From a virus (lineage: Duplodnaviria > Caudoviricetes): a stretch of DNA of 64,000 bases. The notes beneath the pieces are model-generated. The model had not been told where the DNA came from and ran no database searches. It saw only the letters and a list, made by a program, of their open reading frames with translations. This document shows, piece after piece, positions 39,122 through 49,046 of this stretch (its first letter is position 1; every line of letters begins with the position of its first letter). The translations under genes were made by a program, and so were the position numbers. The stretch spans positions 10,136-74,135 of IMG/VR virus record IMGVR_UViG_3300020045_002727; one strand, written 5' to 3'.

Positions 39122-41542
39122 TTAGTCGGGGTTCATCTCACTTAATTCCATTGAACCACTTAAATTATCTTCACTGCTTTCAAAATTGATAGCTGGTTGA
39201 TTGAATTTCTTTTGCTCTGTTTTCTTTGAATCGTTGGTATCTCTGAGGTTTTGAAGGTCAAATTTGTTTTTTTCTTTCATAGAAGTTTCTTCACTTTTTA
39301 TCTTCATTTCAACTCCCCTAAGTTCCATGTTAAATTGAAACTCTTTATCCATCAGGCTTCCTTTCAATTCTGCTTCTAATTTTAAAGCTCTTTCTTTCAA
39401 TTCTCCTTCTTTCTCCTTTAAAGCTATTTTACCTTCTATTTCAGATTGTAACTCTTGCATCTTAGCTTCCGCTGCTGCTTGAGTAGATTTTATTTGAGCT
39501 TCTGAATTAGCTTGTATTAAATCTCTAGCTTCTTTGGCTTTTTCTTTCGCTCTTTGTTTAGAACGTATTTCTATAACTTTATTAGCTAGTTTTATGTTTT
39601 TGATAGAACGAATATCGATAGCATCTGTAAGAGTTATTAGTTCTTTGTTTAGAGCCATTTGAATGTTTTGTTCTAAGTAACCTCTCTCTTGTGCATCTGG
39701 TTTTATTTCAACGTTAATACCTAAATCATAAAGTGTGTATTCACTCATTGAGTTTAAGGCTTCAACACCTAATTTACCAATTGCATTTATGTAAACTTCT
39801 TTTAAATTACTGTATTTAAAGATGTCTTTTAATCTTATTGATAATCCAGAGGCTAAAGTTTTAGTTATGCTTAAAGCACCGTCTAAAATATGTCTAGTTG
39901 CTGTGTTTGAATTTAATGCAAGTTGCTCTTGAACACCTACTGCCATATCTGGTCTAGGGCTACTAGCATCTGCTCCAGCTGGAATACCTATTGCATCCCT
40001 TAATAAATTAAGGTAGTGATTGTAAGCATTCATCAATCTATCTAAACCATCAACGATACCATTTTTCAACTCTTTGATTGGTTCTTTACCGTAGTTGTAT
40101 TCACCTTCTGAGTTTATAGATGTACCTAAAACGTTACCTGTTTCATCATAAATCTTAACTAACTCTAATGGAGTTAAGAAATTACCATCACCTAAATCTA
40201 CTTCATTCAAACCATCGACATCTATGTAAATACCGTTTGGTCTTGCTTTAGCAATTAATTGTTGTAGTTTGATGTGTATTTGTTGCATCTGGTCTACATA
40301 TGGTATAATCCTAGCTACTAAACTTTGTGTTCTGTTTTGATATAATTCTGGAGCAAATACAATATAATTAGGCATTGTATTATCTAGCAATCCAGATGGT
40401 CTAATCATGTTTTCACATTTCTTGTAATTGTAGATTAAATCTGTACCTAAAACTAAAGAACCTTCATACCAAACGTCAATTACTTTTTTGACCGTTTCAA
40501 AACCGTCCTCACCATCTTTCCTTGCGTTAAATGATGAATCTTTCTTAGTCATATTGTAACCACCATTTTTAGTGATTTTCTTTTTATATGTAATAGTGTT
40601 GGTTGACTTGAATGTAAAATGTAAAACGTCTACCATCATACCGCTTAAGTCTCCAGAGTTGTTAACATCTGAACCGTTGGTATTACCATGGTAGTTATGC
40701 CATTGTTTATTACTTGTACCTAACTTTGTGATTTGTTCATCTGTAAACTTATCATTTGAAACTCTTTTTAATTCATTTACTGTAATCCTTTCAACTTCAC
40801 CGAAGTAATGTACATCTTTAAAGTTTCTGAATTTAGGGTATGAATAAACTAAATCTGCTGGGTCTACTAATTTAACTTGGATACCTTTAGTTGGGTCGGT
40901 TGTGTGCTTAATAGCACCGATACCGATAACTGTAATATCTTCAATTACTTTGTTTTGAATTTCCTCATAATCATTGCAATCTAACGTGAATTTGATAGCC
41001 TCTTCTGCTGCAATCTCTATAGATGGTTTATACTTCATATCCATCCATAAATCTACTTCTTCGTTTGATTGTGGTAACTCATCCATATTTGGAGGTGCTA
41101 TATTAACCCCGAAAGATTTTTCAGCTAACTCGAATATTGGTTTAGAAGCAACTATTGATTGTAAGTATTCTTTTTGTTTGTTTCTTAAATCAGTTGAGTA
41201 TTTGTCTGTAGCCTCTATTTTTATTTCATAAAGACGTTCAGCCATTTGGTTTGTTATTAGCTTAACAAATTTAGGGACTACTTGTAAAGGTCTCCAGTCA
41301 TAGTTTGTATAAGAAGTTGCCCCTTTTGAGAGCATTTTCTTATACAAATCAGATGATTGTTCACCTCTACCATACAGTCTTAAAGTATGATATTTTTGTC
41401 TTTTATCATAATAACTGCATGAGTTTCCGTTGACTCTGTTAAACCATTCGTATTCTATTGCCTTACCCATTTTAAGTCCGTACTCTTCTGTACCTTTCTC
41501 TTCATCTGGGGCTAAGTAATTTGGGAATGATTGATATTTCAT
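39122..41542 (-). CDS. Portal protein
   Basis: 806 aa directly after terminase; LDW-like YDWRPLQVVPKFV; C-terminal coiled coil. Confidence 0.85.
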   Translation of the reverse strand: MKYQSFPNYLAPDEEKGTEEYGLKMGKAIEYEWFNRVNGNSCSYYDKRQKYHTLRLYGRGEQSSDLYKKMLSKGATSYTNYDWRPLQVVPKFVKLITNQMAERLYEIKIEATDKYSTDLRNKQKEYLQSIVASKPIFELAEKSFGVNIAPPNMDELPQSNEEVDLWMDMKYKPSIEIAAEEAIKFTLDCNDYEEIQNKVIEDITVIGIGAIKHTTDPTKGIQVKLVDPADLVYSYPKFRNFKDVHYFGEVERITVNELKRVSNDKFTDEQITKLGTSNKQWHNYHGNTNGSDVNNSGDLSGMMVDVLHFTFKSTNTITYKKKITKNGGYNMTKKDSSFNARKDGEDGFETVKKVIDVWYEGSLVLGTDLIYNYKKCENMIRPSGLLDNTMPNYIVFAPELYQNRTQSLVARIIPYVDQMQQIHIKLQQLIAKARPNGIYIDVDGLNEVDLGDGNFLTPLELVKIYDETGNVLGTSINSEGEYNYGKEPIKELKNGIVDGLDRLMNAYNHYLNLLRDAIGIPAGADASSPRPDMAVGVQEQLALNSNTATRHILDGALSITKTLASGLSIRLKDIFKYSNLKEVYINAIGKLGVEALNSMSEYTLYDLGINVEIKPDAQERGYLEQNIQMALNKELITLTDAIDIRSIKNIKLANKVIEIRSKQRAKEKAKEARDLIQANSEAQIKSTQAAAEAKMQELQSEIEGKIALKEKEGELKERALKLEAELKGSLMDKEFQFNMELRGVEMKIKSEETSMKEKNKFDLQNLRDTNDSKKTEQKKFNQPAINFESSEDNLSGSMELSEMNPD

Positions 41543-41548
41543 ATTGTA

Positions 41549-44191
41549 TTAGTTTACTAGCGAACTTATGTCTCCGCTGTTATCATATTGCTGGAACAAA
41601 TTTATTACTTTTTTTGATTCGGTCTTTTTGGGTTTTGAACGATACTTCTCTTTTCCACAAGCCATTATACATAAACCGCTTGATATTGTTGCATCATAGT
41701 CTGTCCTGTTGTCAGGATTAAACCCTAACCAATCTAACAAAGTTTCTTCAAATGGGAAATCTCCAATCTCACCAAGTGGTCTAATTTGTTCTTTTGTGGA
41801 TTCACCGACATAGTCTTCTATCCAAGAACCTATCGAGTTCATGTGTGAGTCAATCATATCCTTACCAGACATCATTTGACCACCGTACTCTTTCTCATTC
41901 TCATTCAATGCTTTTGGACTTCTATCTACACGATTTAATGAGAATCCTCTGTATCCTCTATTTCTAAAGTGACGAAGTAAGTCAATCCTGTTACTCTCTA
42001 CAAGTATTGGCATTCCGTAGAATCTACAAGCCATAATCGCATCCTCGAAGAATATTGTTTCATCAGCTGGACGAGCTATGTACTCTAAAAAGAATTTATT
42101 TGCTGGTGCGCCTCCTTCTGGAGTGTGTAATGTTTTACCGTGAATAGCTCCTTTAGAACCCTTACCATGTGTTGATTTTAATGTAAACGGGTCACATCCT
42201 AATGCTCCAACACCTTTGTTTAAAGGGTAATATTTACCATTCATTTCTTTAACACCATTCAACATACCTATTGTACCGTCCGCAGCATTTGGAATCCAAG
42301 CTAACTTAAACCTACCTTTTGGATTTGGACACCATTCTACATCACCATCTTGTATCCCATCTTTCCATCTGAAATTACCTACTGTGTATAGATTAGCTTT
42401 ACCTAAGTTATTATTATGGTCTAATTGCGCATGTATTTTTGTAATGTTGAAAACTGTTTCAGAAGCCTCATCACGCATAGCATGTTCGACTGTTCTTGGC
42501 ATTGTTCTATATTGCTCATTTAAAGCCTTATCACTAACCATCTTTTGAGATTCCTCAACAGCGATTAAGTATTCTATAGAACCCATTTCAATCAATGCTC
42601 CATCAACATTATATGTACCTGCTGGTGGAGTTTCTGTCCAACATTTACCATATTTATCTGTAAACTCCTCCATGTTGTCTTGTGCAGCAAGGAAGTGGAA
42701 ATATAGTGCTGTAGGTGTTTTACCTGTTTTAGGATTTCTATCTTTAACCTGAGAACCTTTAATTAAGTCAATGAATTGTTGACCACCTTTATTTCTAGCT
42801 CCCATGGTAGAACCTAGGAAAGCTGTACCTACTACTTTACCGTTAGGCATCATTGTAGGTCTAATTTGACCAAGGTGAGTAATATAATCCATTGGACGTT
42901 CCCATTTTGCAGATTCATCACCTAAGTAACCATTCAACTTAATCGAGTCATAGGAGCTATTTTTAGTAGGTCTATGGTCGATAACTGTGTTTAAATAGTC
43001 ATCTGTATTAGTGTCTCTCTTTTTCTTGGCATCCTTAGACATGTTTGAAGGTTTAGCAAACTCTATAATTTCTTGTGAGTCCTCTTTACCTTTTACAACT
43101 GGTCTAAATATGAATGGTAAGTTTAGGAACATATAGGAGAATTTACCAAATGCTTCTTCAACGTCATCCCCTGTTTTAGAAGTCATACCGTATTTACCAT
43201 TTTTTGTAGAAGTAGCCATATTTAAGAGGATGGCTAGAATTATGTATGTAAATCCTGTACGTCTTGATTTTAAGAATATTTGTCCTAAACATCTTCTATC
43301 GACTATACATGCTTCAAGGTGATAAAACATTTCTAATTGAGCGTAACGGAAAGCCATAAAACCACCGTCATCCTGCATTTTACACCATTGTAAAGCCCAA
43401 TACATATTACCTGTAAGATAAACTGGTTCACCATTATTCATGAACCAAATTCCTTCTCTACGTCTTCTAAATTCCTCCATAATGTAGTCATGATACATGT
43501 CAACATTATCTGGACTTAATCCTTTATGCTCTGGCAGCCTTCTCCAATACTGTTCTTCTTTTGGTAAATCATGAAATAATATCTGTGTTTTATCCTCTGG
43601 AACTTTTGGTAGCCATATGTTTAATTCTGATATTGTAATCATTTTACCTTTTGTTGAGAAAGGACAAATTATTACTGCATCATTTTCTTTATCTAACGTT
43701 TCTTTGTGATAGTCTTTTTTAGGGTAAATCTCACCCTTAGCAAACTTCTCAGGATAACCAATTTTAAATTCTTTCTCACCGAAGTTAACTTCCCCAGATT
43801 CAAGTTGAACTCTAAATTCGTTTATGCTACTATCTAAAGAGAAGATAGCTTCTAATATTAATGGTTTGGCTTTAACAGCCGCTGCGTATTTTTCTTCTTT
43901 TAATGAATCGTAATCAATATCTTTTGCTAAAGCTCTTTCTAAATCATCAATTGCTCTATCTCCTGCTTCGATAAGTCTCCTTACATAACCTTCTGATTTT
44001 TCTTTTGATGGTGCATTTGGAGAATTAGCCCATCTATGTAGTAACTTTTTAGCAGAACTAAAAGAATCTACTTTTGAGTCCATTGTAGTTTTCATTTTAG
44101 AGTCATCTAAAAAGTCTACAACCATCTCACGTTCTAAACCTTTCAAGATGGTTTCTAACGCTGGTTCTATATGTCCGCTTAATCCTCTCAT
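41549..44191 (-). CDS. terL: Terminase large subunit with long N-terminal extension
   Basis: LKSRRTGFT Walker A, LGDESAKW, GCDPF nuclease, LVESNR, YDATISSG. Confidence 0.9.
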   Translation of the reverse strand: MRGLSGHIEPALETILKGLEREMVVDFLDDSKMKTTMDSKVDSFSSAKKLLHRWANSPNAPSKEKSEGYVRRLIEAGDRAIDDLERALAKDIDYDSLKEEKYAAAVKAKPLILEAIFSLDSSINEFRVQLESGEVNFGEKEFKIGYPEKFAKGEIYPKKDYHKETLDKENDAVIICPFSTKGKMITISELNIWLPKVPEDKTQILFHDLPKEEQYWRRLPEHKGLSPDNVDMYHDYIMEEFRRRREGIWFMNNGEPVYLTGNMYWALQWCKMQDDGGFMAFRYAQLEMFYHLEACIVDRRCLGQIFLKSRRTGFTYIILAILLNMATSTKNGKYGMTSKTGDDVEEAFGKFSYMFLNLPFIFRPVVKGKEDSQEIIEFAKPSNMSKDAKKKRDTNTDDYLNTVIDHRPTKNSSYDSIKLNGYLGDESAKWERPMDYITHLGQIRPTMMPNGKVVGTAFLGSTMGARNKGGQQFIDLIKGSQVKDRNPKTGKTPTALYFHFLAAQDNMEEFTDKYGKCWTETPPAGTYNVDGALIEMGSIEYLIAVEESQKMVSDKALNEQYRTMPRTVEHAMRDEASETVFNITKIHAQLDHNNNLGKANLYTVGNFRWKDGIQDGDVEWCPNPKGRFKLAWIPNAADGTIGMLNGVKEMNGKYYPLNKGVGALGCDPFTLKSTHGKGSKGAIHGKTLHTPEGGAPANKFFLEYIARPADETIFFEDAIMACRFYGMPILVESNRIDLLRHFRNRGYRGFSLNRVDRSPKALNENEKEYGGQMMSGKDMIDSHMNSIGSWIEDYVGESTKEQIRPLGEIGDFPFEETLLDWLGFNPDNRTDYDATISSGLCIMACGKEKYRSKPKKTESKKVINLFQQYDNSGDISSLVN

Positions 44192-44760
44192 TCTATTTGT
44201 GCTAATATGTCATTTATACTCATCTTATATAATAACTCACCATCAATTATAAACTCATATTCTGAGTAGTCGCTGTAAGCTATTTTAAGACCTTTTAATT
44301 CAATTAATTCTTTACAAGGGTACTTCATTATACCTTGTAACTTTTTGAAGCCTTTATGCGTGTTTCTAATGTGTTCTGAATCTGATATTAAAAATCCTGA
44401 TTGTTCTTCTTTAACTTCTTCAATTGGTTTAACAAAACAAAAAGGTGATAGTGAAATCCAATCCGCACCTTCTCTCTTGTACATGAAACACTCAGTTAAG
44501 GGTACGAAATATAAATCATTTTCAATATGATAGATACTCTTATTTACATTACCTTTTGAACTACCTTTCATTCTAAAGATATTGTGGTGGCATATTACTT
44601 CATCCCCCTCCTTTAAAACAGTGTAATCAGGGGCTGATACTACGGTAGCTTTTCTAGCAATGAAAGAGGCATTATCAACATCTAAATTAGATATTAAATT
44701 ACCTCTATCATTTTCATACTCTTTATCTACCTTTACTATTATAAAGTTGATTGTCCTCAT
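44188..44760 (-). CDS. Tandem GroES-like domain protein
   Basis: Two GroES-like halves (ARKATVV...LKEGDEVICHHN; FCFVKP...SGFLI...GELLYKM...DILA). Confidence 0.6.
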   Translation of the reverse strand: MRTINFIIVKVDKEYENDRGNLISNLDVDNASFIARKATVVSAPDYTVLKEGDEVICHHNIFRMKGSSKGNVNKSIYHIENDLYFVPLTECFMYKREGADWISLSPFCFVKPIEEVKEEQSGFLISDSEHIRNTHKGFKKLQGIMKYPCKELIELKGLKIAYSDYSEYEFIIDGELLYKMSINDILAQIE

Positions 44761-45002
44761 TATTCAAAATCGATTGCTTTTTCTACCACTACTGGCATGT
44801 TTTTAATGTCCTTCCATTCGATGTTTGAACCATCAGGTGTTTTAACAACTATGGTATAACATGTTGAATCATCCTCTATAAATGTCTCTATAGATTTTAT
44901 TTCACAAAGTTGACCATTTAATTTTTGTGGTTTACCTACTTGGTAATGTAATGCTCCGTCTGGGTAGTTTGAACCTACGGAAATTTTTCTAATTGTATTC
45001 AT
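44760..45002 (-). CDS. Conserved small protein
   Basis: IRKISVG...LHYQVG; first gene of the packaging operon. Confidence 0.65.
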   Translation of the reverse strand: MNTIRKISVGSNYPDGALHYQVGKPQKLNGQLCEIKSIETFIEDDSTCYTIVVKTPDGSNIEWKDIKNMPVVVEKAIDFE

Positions 45003-45024
45003 GATTTTTTATAATTTATTACTG

Positions 45025-45032
45025 CAAATTTA
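45025..45032 (-). promoter_or_regulatory. -7 promoter element (TAAATTTG)
   Basis: CAAATTTA on + strand upstream of the ATG at 45002. Confidence 0.65.
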
Positions 45033-45062
45033 ATGAATATTGTGATGTGATTGTTTTAAACG

Positions 45063-45094
45063 AAAAAACCACTCTTAATGAGTGGTTGTTTTTT
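45063..45094 (-). terminator. Intrinsic terminator
   Basis: AACCACTC-TTAAT-GAGTGGTT flanked by A and T runs. Confidence 0.8.
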
Positions 45095-45731
45095 AATTGT
45101 AGAAGTAGACTTCAAAAGGGAAATTAGTTAAAATTTGAGAATCTTCATCTGAAAAAGATAAAATTATGTTTACTTCATTTGCTAATTTCTCAAGTCTATA
45201 TGTTTGAATTACGTCATCATAACCTGATGAATCTTGTTTGTATTGTGGAACGTACACTTTATTATTAGGATGACCTGTAATTTTTATAACTGTTGTGTAA
45301 GTACCTAAAAGTGCTGTAGCGTTATATTCTATATTCACACCTTCTGGTAATGAATCAGGGCTAAGTTGTGTAGCTGCAACTGAACCATCGTTTGCTTTAT
45401 TTAAGTTTGCTCTGTATAGAGTATAACCTATTACTTGTGGTACTAATTTTAAAAGTACTACATTTTGTTCATCATTGTACTCAAAAATTAACTTATCTAA
45501 TTCAGCAACAATTGGAACTCCTTCTGCTATAAGTTCGTAACCATTCTCTATACCTTCTTCTGATTCATTACCAAACTTTTGTACTATTGCATTATCAATA
45601 GTGGCAATGATGCTTCTTATAGGGTATTGTTTAGTTTTACCTGCATTGTTTTTATCACTACCGATTAAAGTTTCATCTAAATCTATCAGTGTATCTGGTG
45701 GATATAATGTATCATTGTTTATTCTTCCCAT
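45093..45731 (-). CDS. Putative virion/tail-associated protein
   Basis: Y..DT.IDLDETLIGSD...GKTKQY N-terminus, a pattern I associate with Bacteroidota phage structural proteins. Confidence 0.45.
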   Translation of the reverse strand: MGRINNDTLYPPDTLIDLDETLIGSDKNNAGKTKQYPIRSIIATIDNAIVQKFGNESEEGIENGYELIAEGVPIVAELDKLIFEYNDEQNVVLLKLVPQVIGYTLYRANLNKANDGSVAATQLSPDSLPEGVNIEYNATALLGTYTTVIKITGHPNNKVYVPQYKQDSSGYDDVIQTYRLEKLANEVNIILSFSDEDSQILTNFPFEVYFYN

Positions 45732-45732
45732 T

Positions 45733-46401
45733 TTATTTTTCTTTAGTCCAAAATGTTAATATGTCTTTTTTAAGTGTAATCATAACATTTTGGTTCGTGT
45801 TATAATTGACATCTAATGTGTAACCTGATTTATTCTTGAATCCTATCGTAGCTCCTACACTTGGTTTCATGTTTAATAAATCGGTTGATGCTTGTAGAGA
45901 ACCTCCAGCAGATATTATAAAACTAGGTTTTGTTCTAATTATTGTAGTGTTTGTAATTATCTTCTCTTTGTACTCTATCTCTCTTTCTGGTATGAAAAAT
46001 TCTACTTTTTGATTTGTCATAGAGCCAGTGACTGTATTTTTAACAGTGACTGTAACTTTATCATCTTTATCATATTTGTAAACATTTTCATACTCTTTTA
46101 CCTGTATTGCTTTCTTGTATTCCTTGAGCTTATCGTTTTCAGATTTCAACTCATTGTATTTGTTCAGTAAGTTCCTATCGTAAACAATTACACCGTCTTT
46201 CGGTTTTGGATTTTTAGTTTCAAAACTACCTTTTATTTCTGGTACTTTAATTGTCTTTGTGACATAAATTGTATCAGTTTTAGTCTTAGTTCCTACACTA
46301 GGTTCATTAGAACAGGATTTTGATGAGAAGTATAATATGGATAATCCCACCACTAATACAGATATTACTGTTTTTATTTTATTTTTAATATTTTCTGTCA
46401 T
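45733..46401 (-). CDS. Spanin-like / lysis-associated membrane protein
   Basis: N-terminal TM segment; directly downstream of endolysin. Confidence 0.5.
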   Translation of the reverse strand: MTENIKNKIKTVISVLVVGLSILYFSSKSCSNEPSVGTKTKTDTIYVTKTIKVPEIKGSFETKNPKPKDGVIVYDRNLLNKYNELKSENDKLKEYKKAIQVKEYENVYKYDKDDKVTVTVKNTVTGSMTNQKVEFFIPEREIEYKEKIITNTTIIRTKPSFIISAGGSLQASTDLLNMKPSVGATIGFKNKSGYTLDVNYNTNQNVMITLKKDILTFWTKEK

Positions 46402-46402
46402 T

Positions 46403-46960
46403 TTATTTGTATTTTAAGAATGCAACTTTTAATTTTTTATCGTAGTTATTTTTAGCATATTGTGCGCCATTATAACCTCTAGCAAATCCAGCCCAATCTT
46501 CGTTAATTAATTCATCATCTAATTTACTGTTTGTGATGTAATTGATGAATAATTCTAATTGTTCATCTTCACTGTCCATCATTCTATTTACGAACTCTTG
46601 AATAGTTTTACATCCACAGGCTTTATAGTTGAATCCCATTATTTGAAATAAACCCCAAGAAGCTGACATTAATGCTGCCTCCCTGTTTATTTTAACTGCT
46701 TTGTCTAACCTATCTGGTTGAGATTCTACTGAACCATAAGGTTTTGTTTTCCAGACAGGGTAGCAAATATCTGATACCACTGGTGTTATTCCTTTATTTC
46801 TAAGTTGCTTCCAGAAGATGTGTGGTTCAAATAATATTTTAGGGAATCCTGTTTTTAGGAATCCACTACCTCTACTCTCCACTTCTGTAACAGCTTTTAT
46901 TGCTGCAACCTTACACCCAATGCGTAAGGCTGATTCTTTGAATTGTTGTTCTGTTATCAT
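46403..46960 (-). CDS. Endolysin, N-acetylmuramidase (DUF3380 type)
   Basis: EVESRGSGF, KILFEPH, SASWGLFQIMGFNY, FARGYNG. Confidence 0.92.
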   Translation of the reverse strand: MITEQQFKESALRIGCKVAAIKAVTEVESRGSGFLKTGFPKILFEPHIFWKQLRNKGITPVVSDICYPVWKTKPYGSVESQPDRLDKAVKINREAALMSASWGLFQIMGFNYKACGCKTIQEFVNRMMDSEDEQLELFINYITNSKLDDELINEDWAGFARGYNGAQYAKNNYDKKLKVAFLKYK

Positions 46961-47502
46961 TCGTTAACCTCCCCTTTTACTTTTCTAAATACTTTCCAGA
47001 TGCTATCTGCTATTGTTGATACTTTACCAATAATATCAAAACCTGCTCTTTTTAAGTTTTCAAATATAGAGCTATATGCTTCAATAGCTATACATGCTCC
47101 AATTGTTATCTCAGTTAATGTTAATGTTTTTGTCTTTAAATACGAAAAATTAAAAGTCTTATTGAAGAATAAACTATCAACTGTGTAGATTAGTAAGATT
47201 ACCAAAGTGTAACCTATTAACTTCACCACTGATGACCTCATTTTCTTACTCTCTAATATGAAACCTGTATCTGGTCTTACTGCTGTACCATTTTTAACTT
47301 CTATATAAGAAGCTAACACACCAGTTAAAAAGTCAACTGTGTATGCAATAAAGAAGATGGTAAGTAATACTTGAAGTGTTGTAAATGTAGATAATAGTAC
47401 TGTCAAAGACAATAGTATTCTACCTCCCCAAGTTTGAAATAGGAGTAAAAGTTTCATAAATAAGTGCTTAAATATTTCGTAATAGACACTAAAATCTTTC
47501 AT
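46957..47502 (-). CDS. Holin (phage holin family 4-like)
   Basis: Several TM segments; DFLTGV, IEAYSSIFENL; adjacent to endolysin. Confidence 0.75.
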   Translation of the reverse strand: MKDFSVYYEIFKHLFMKLLLLFQTWGGRILLSLTVLLSTFTTLQVLLTIFFIAYTVDFLTGVLASYIEVKNGTAVRPDTGFILESKKMRSSVVKLIGYTLVILLIYTVDSLFFNKTFNFSYLKTKTLTLTEITIGACIAIEAYSSIFENLKRAGFDIIGKVSTIADSIWKVFRKVKGEVNE

Positions 47503-47519
47503 AGTGTTTGTTTAATTAT

Positions 47520-47535
47520 TATCTTTGCAAAGATA
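47520..47535. promoter_or_regulatory. Palindromic back-to-back promoter TATCTTTGCAAAGATA
   Basis: Perfect 16-bp palindrome giving TATCTTTG on both strands between divergent genes. Confidence 0.75.
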
Positions 47536-47558
47536 AACTAAAAAGTAAAACATTAATT

Positions 47559-47807
47559 ATGGGAGATAGTACCAAGTATTACCAAACGAATCCAGAAGCT
47601 CGTAAGAAAAAAGCTGCAACGGATAAGAAGATAAACGCAAGACCTGCACAAGTTAAAAAAAGAACTGAATCAAATGCTAAAAGAGCAGAAGCAAAAAAGA
47701 AAGGTCAGAATATCCAAGGGAAGGATTATGACCATTCTGTTAATCGATTTGTGAAGTCATCAGTGAACAGAGGTAGAGCTGGTGAAGGAGGTCGTAAAAA
47801 GAAATAA
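47559..47807 (+). CDS. Small basic protein (degenerate HNH-like KDYDH...S.NR)
   Basis: Start moved to ATG 47559, downstream of the promoter. Confidence 0.6.
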   Translation: MGDSTKYYQTNPEARKKKAATDKKINARPAQVKKRTESNAKRAEAKKKGQNIQGKDYDHSVNRFVKSSVNRGRAGEGGRKKK

Positions 47808-47808
47808 A

Positions 47809-48402
47809 ATGGAAACAAATTTAATTAAATTAAAAAAATCAGAAGAGGTTAGTACCAAACTTCAAAACAGAACTAAAAACAAAGCTAAAGAATTTAATGA
47901 GGTCATTTTTAAAAGAGTGGGTAGAGTTAAGAAACCTACAAAGACTTTTCATCAGAATTTATCTTATGACTTTCTACAATACATCAGGATTATCTTTAAA
48001 TGGGCTTGTAGCAATTATGAAATTAGTAGACCACATCTTGAATTATTGTTAGGGATATATCCGCTGGGTGTTTTCAAGAAAGCAGAATTTGAGATATTTT
48101 GTAGAACCATTGATATGAACTCTAAAAGGTTATTTACTACAATGGTCGAAGATGGTTGGATTAAATTATGGAGACCTTACAAAAGAGGTCAATCAGCTTT
48201 GTATTGTTTAACTACAAAAGGTAAAGTGATGTGTGGTAAGATTCATAAAATGTGTTTAGGTGAATCTAAAATACCTGAGTATAAATATGGTAATGCTTTG
48301 ATGACTTCTGGTAAAGCAGTTGATAAGTTCTATATGGAAGCTATTAAGAAAATGAATCAAAGGAAAATAGAGGATGCTAAGGATGTCGTAGATGAAGAAT
48401 AA
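47809..48402 (+). CDS. Winged-helix (MarR-like) putative regulator
   Basis: RLFTTMVEDGWIKLW...LYCLTTKGK pattern; start at ATG 47809. Confidence 0.55.
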   Translation: METNLIKLKKSEEVSTKLQNRTKNKAKEFNEVIFKRVGRVKKPTKTFHQNLSYDFLQYIRIIFKWACSNYEISRPHLELLLGIYPLGVFKKAEFEIFCRTIDMNSKRLFTTMVEDGWIKLWRPYKRGQSALYCLTTKGKVMCGKIHKMCLGESKIPEYKYGNALMTSGKAVDKFYMEAIKKMNQRKIEDAKDVVDEE

Positions 48403-48403
48403 T

Positions 48404-48437
48404 AAAAAACCCCGTTGGAGAAATCCTTCGGGGTTTT
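48404..48437. terminator. Bidirectional terminator
   Basis: AAAAAACCCCG-TT-GGA-GAAA-TCC-TT-CGGGGTTTT. Confidence 0.8.
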
Positions 48438-48440
48438 GTT

Positions 48441-49046
48441 TTATACTCTAACAAATGTATAAACTATAGATGAGTTAGAATTTGCACCATCACCTCTATT
48501 TGCTAGAGCGTGGCTAATTACTGTATTTGGGTTTAATGTTGGTTGAGTTCCAACGTCAAAAGTTATAGTTATAGGTGTTATTGCTTCTGCTTTGACTGCT
48601 CCTATTTGTGGTCTACTTGATAATATGATTTGTTCATTTGTCTTACCTGATAATGTGTTTTCGTGAGTGAAAACACGTAATTCAAAGTCAGCGGAAATAC
48701 TTCCAGAATTAGTTACTAAAAGCGTTGCTGATTGCAGCTTGTATTGGTAAGGTGGTAAAACGATACCTATTGTTTGACCTGTTGTTAGAGGGTCGTTACC
48801 AATATTTACACTCATTGTATTATTCCATCCTGAACCACTAGGTTGAGTTAAAAAGTTAGTACTTCCACCTGTTAATATCCTATCTCCGTTATAGAACTCA
48901 GATGCATCCCAAGTTAGTGTTATTACTTCATTTGGTGTGTTTGATGTACTTTCTGACTTGTCGACCAACAAAGCTATATCAGATTGTTGAATGGTTGATA
49001 AATCTCCTTTACCTCTACCATTTAGTGTATATATTTGATATTTCAT
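48441..49046 (-). CDS. Putative tail fibre / receptor-binding subunit B
   Basis: Shares its first 29 aa pattern with the upstream gene; beta-rich C-terminus. Confidence 0.55.
   Translation of the reverse strand: MKYQIYTLNGRGKGDLSTIQQSDIALLVDKSESTSNTPNEVITLTWDASEFYNGDRILTGGSTNFLTQPSGSGWNNTMSVNIGNDPLTTGQTIGIVLPPYQYKLQSATLLVTNSGSISADFELRVFTHENTLSGKTNEQIILSSRPQIGAVKAEAITPITITFDVGTQPTLNPNTVISHALANRGDGANSNSSIVYTFVRV

Noticed and set aside
5440-44191. Introns or inteins in PolB, helicase, terminase or capsid genes
   Set aside because: The ORFs are continuous, of plausible size, and show no intein N-terminal C/S or C-terminal HN motifs.
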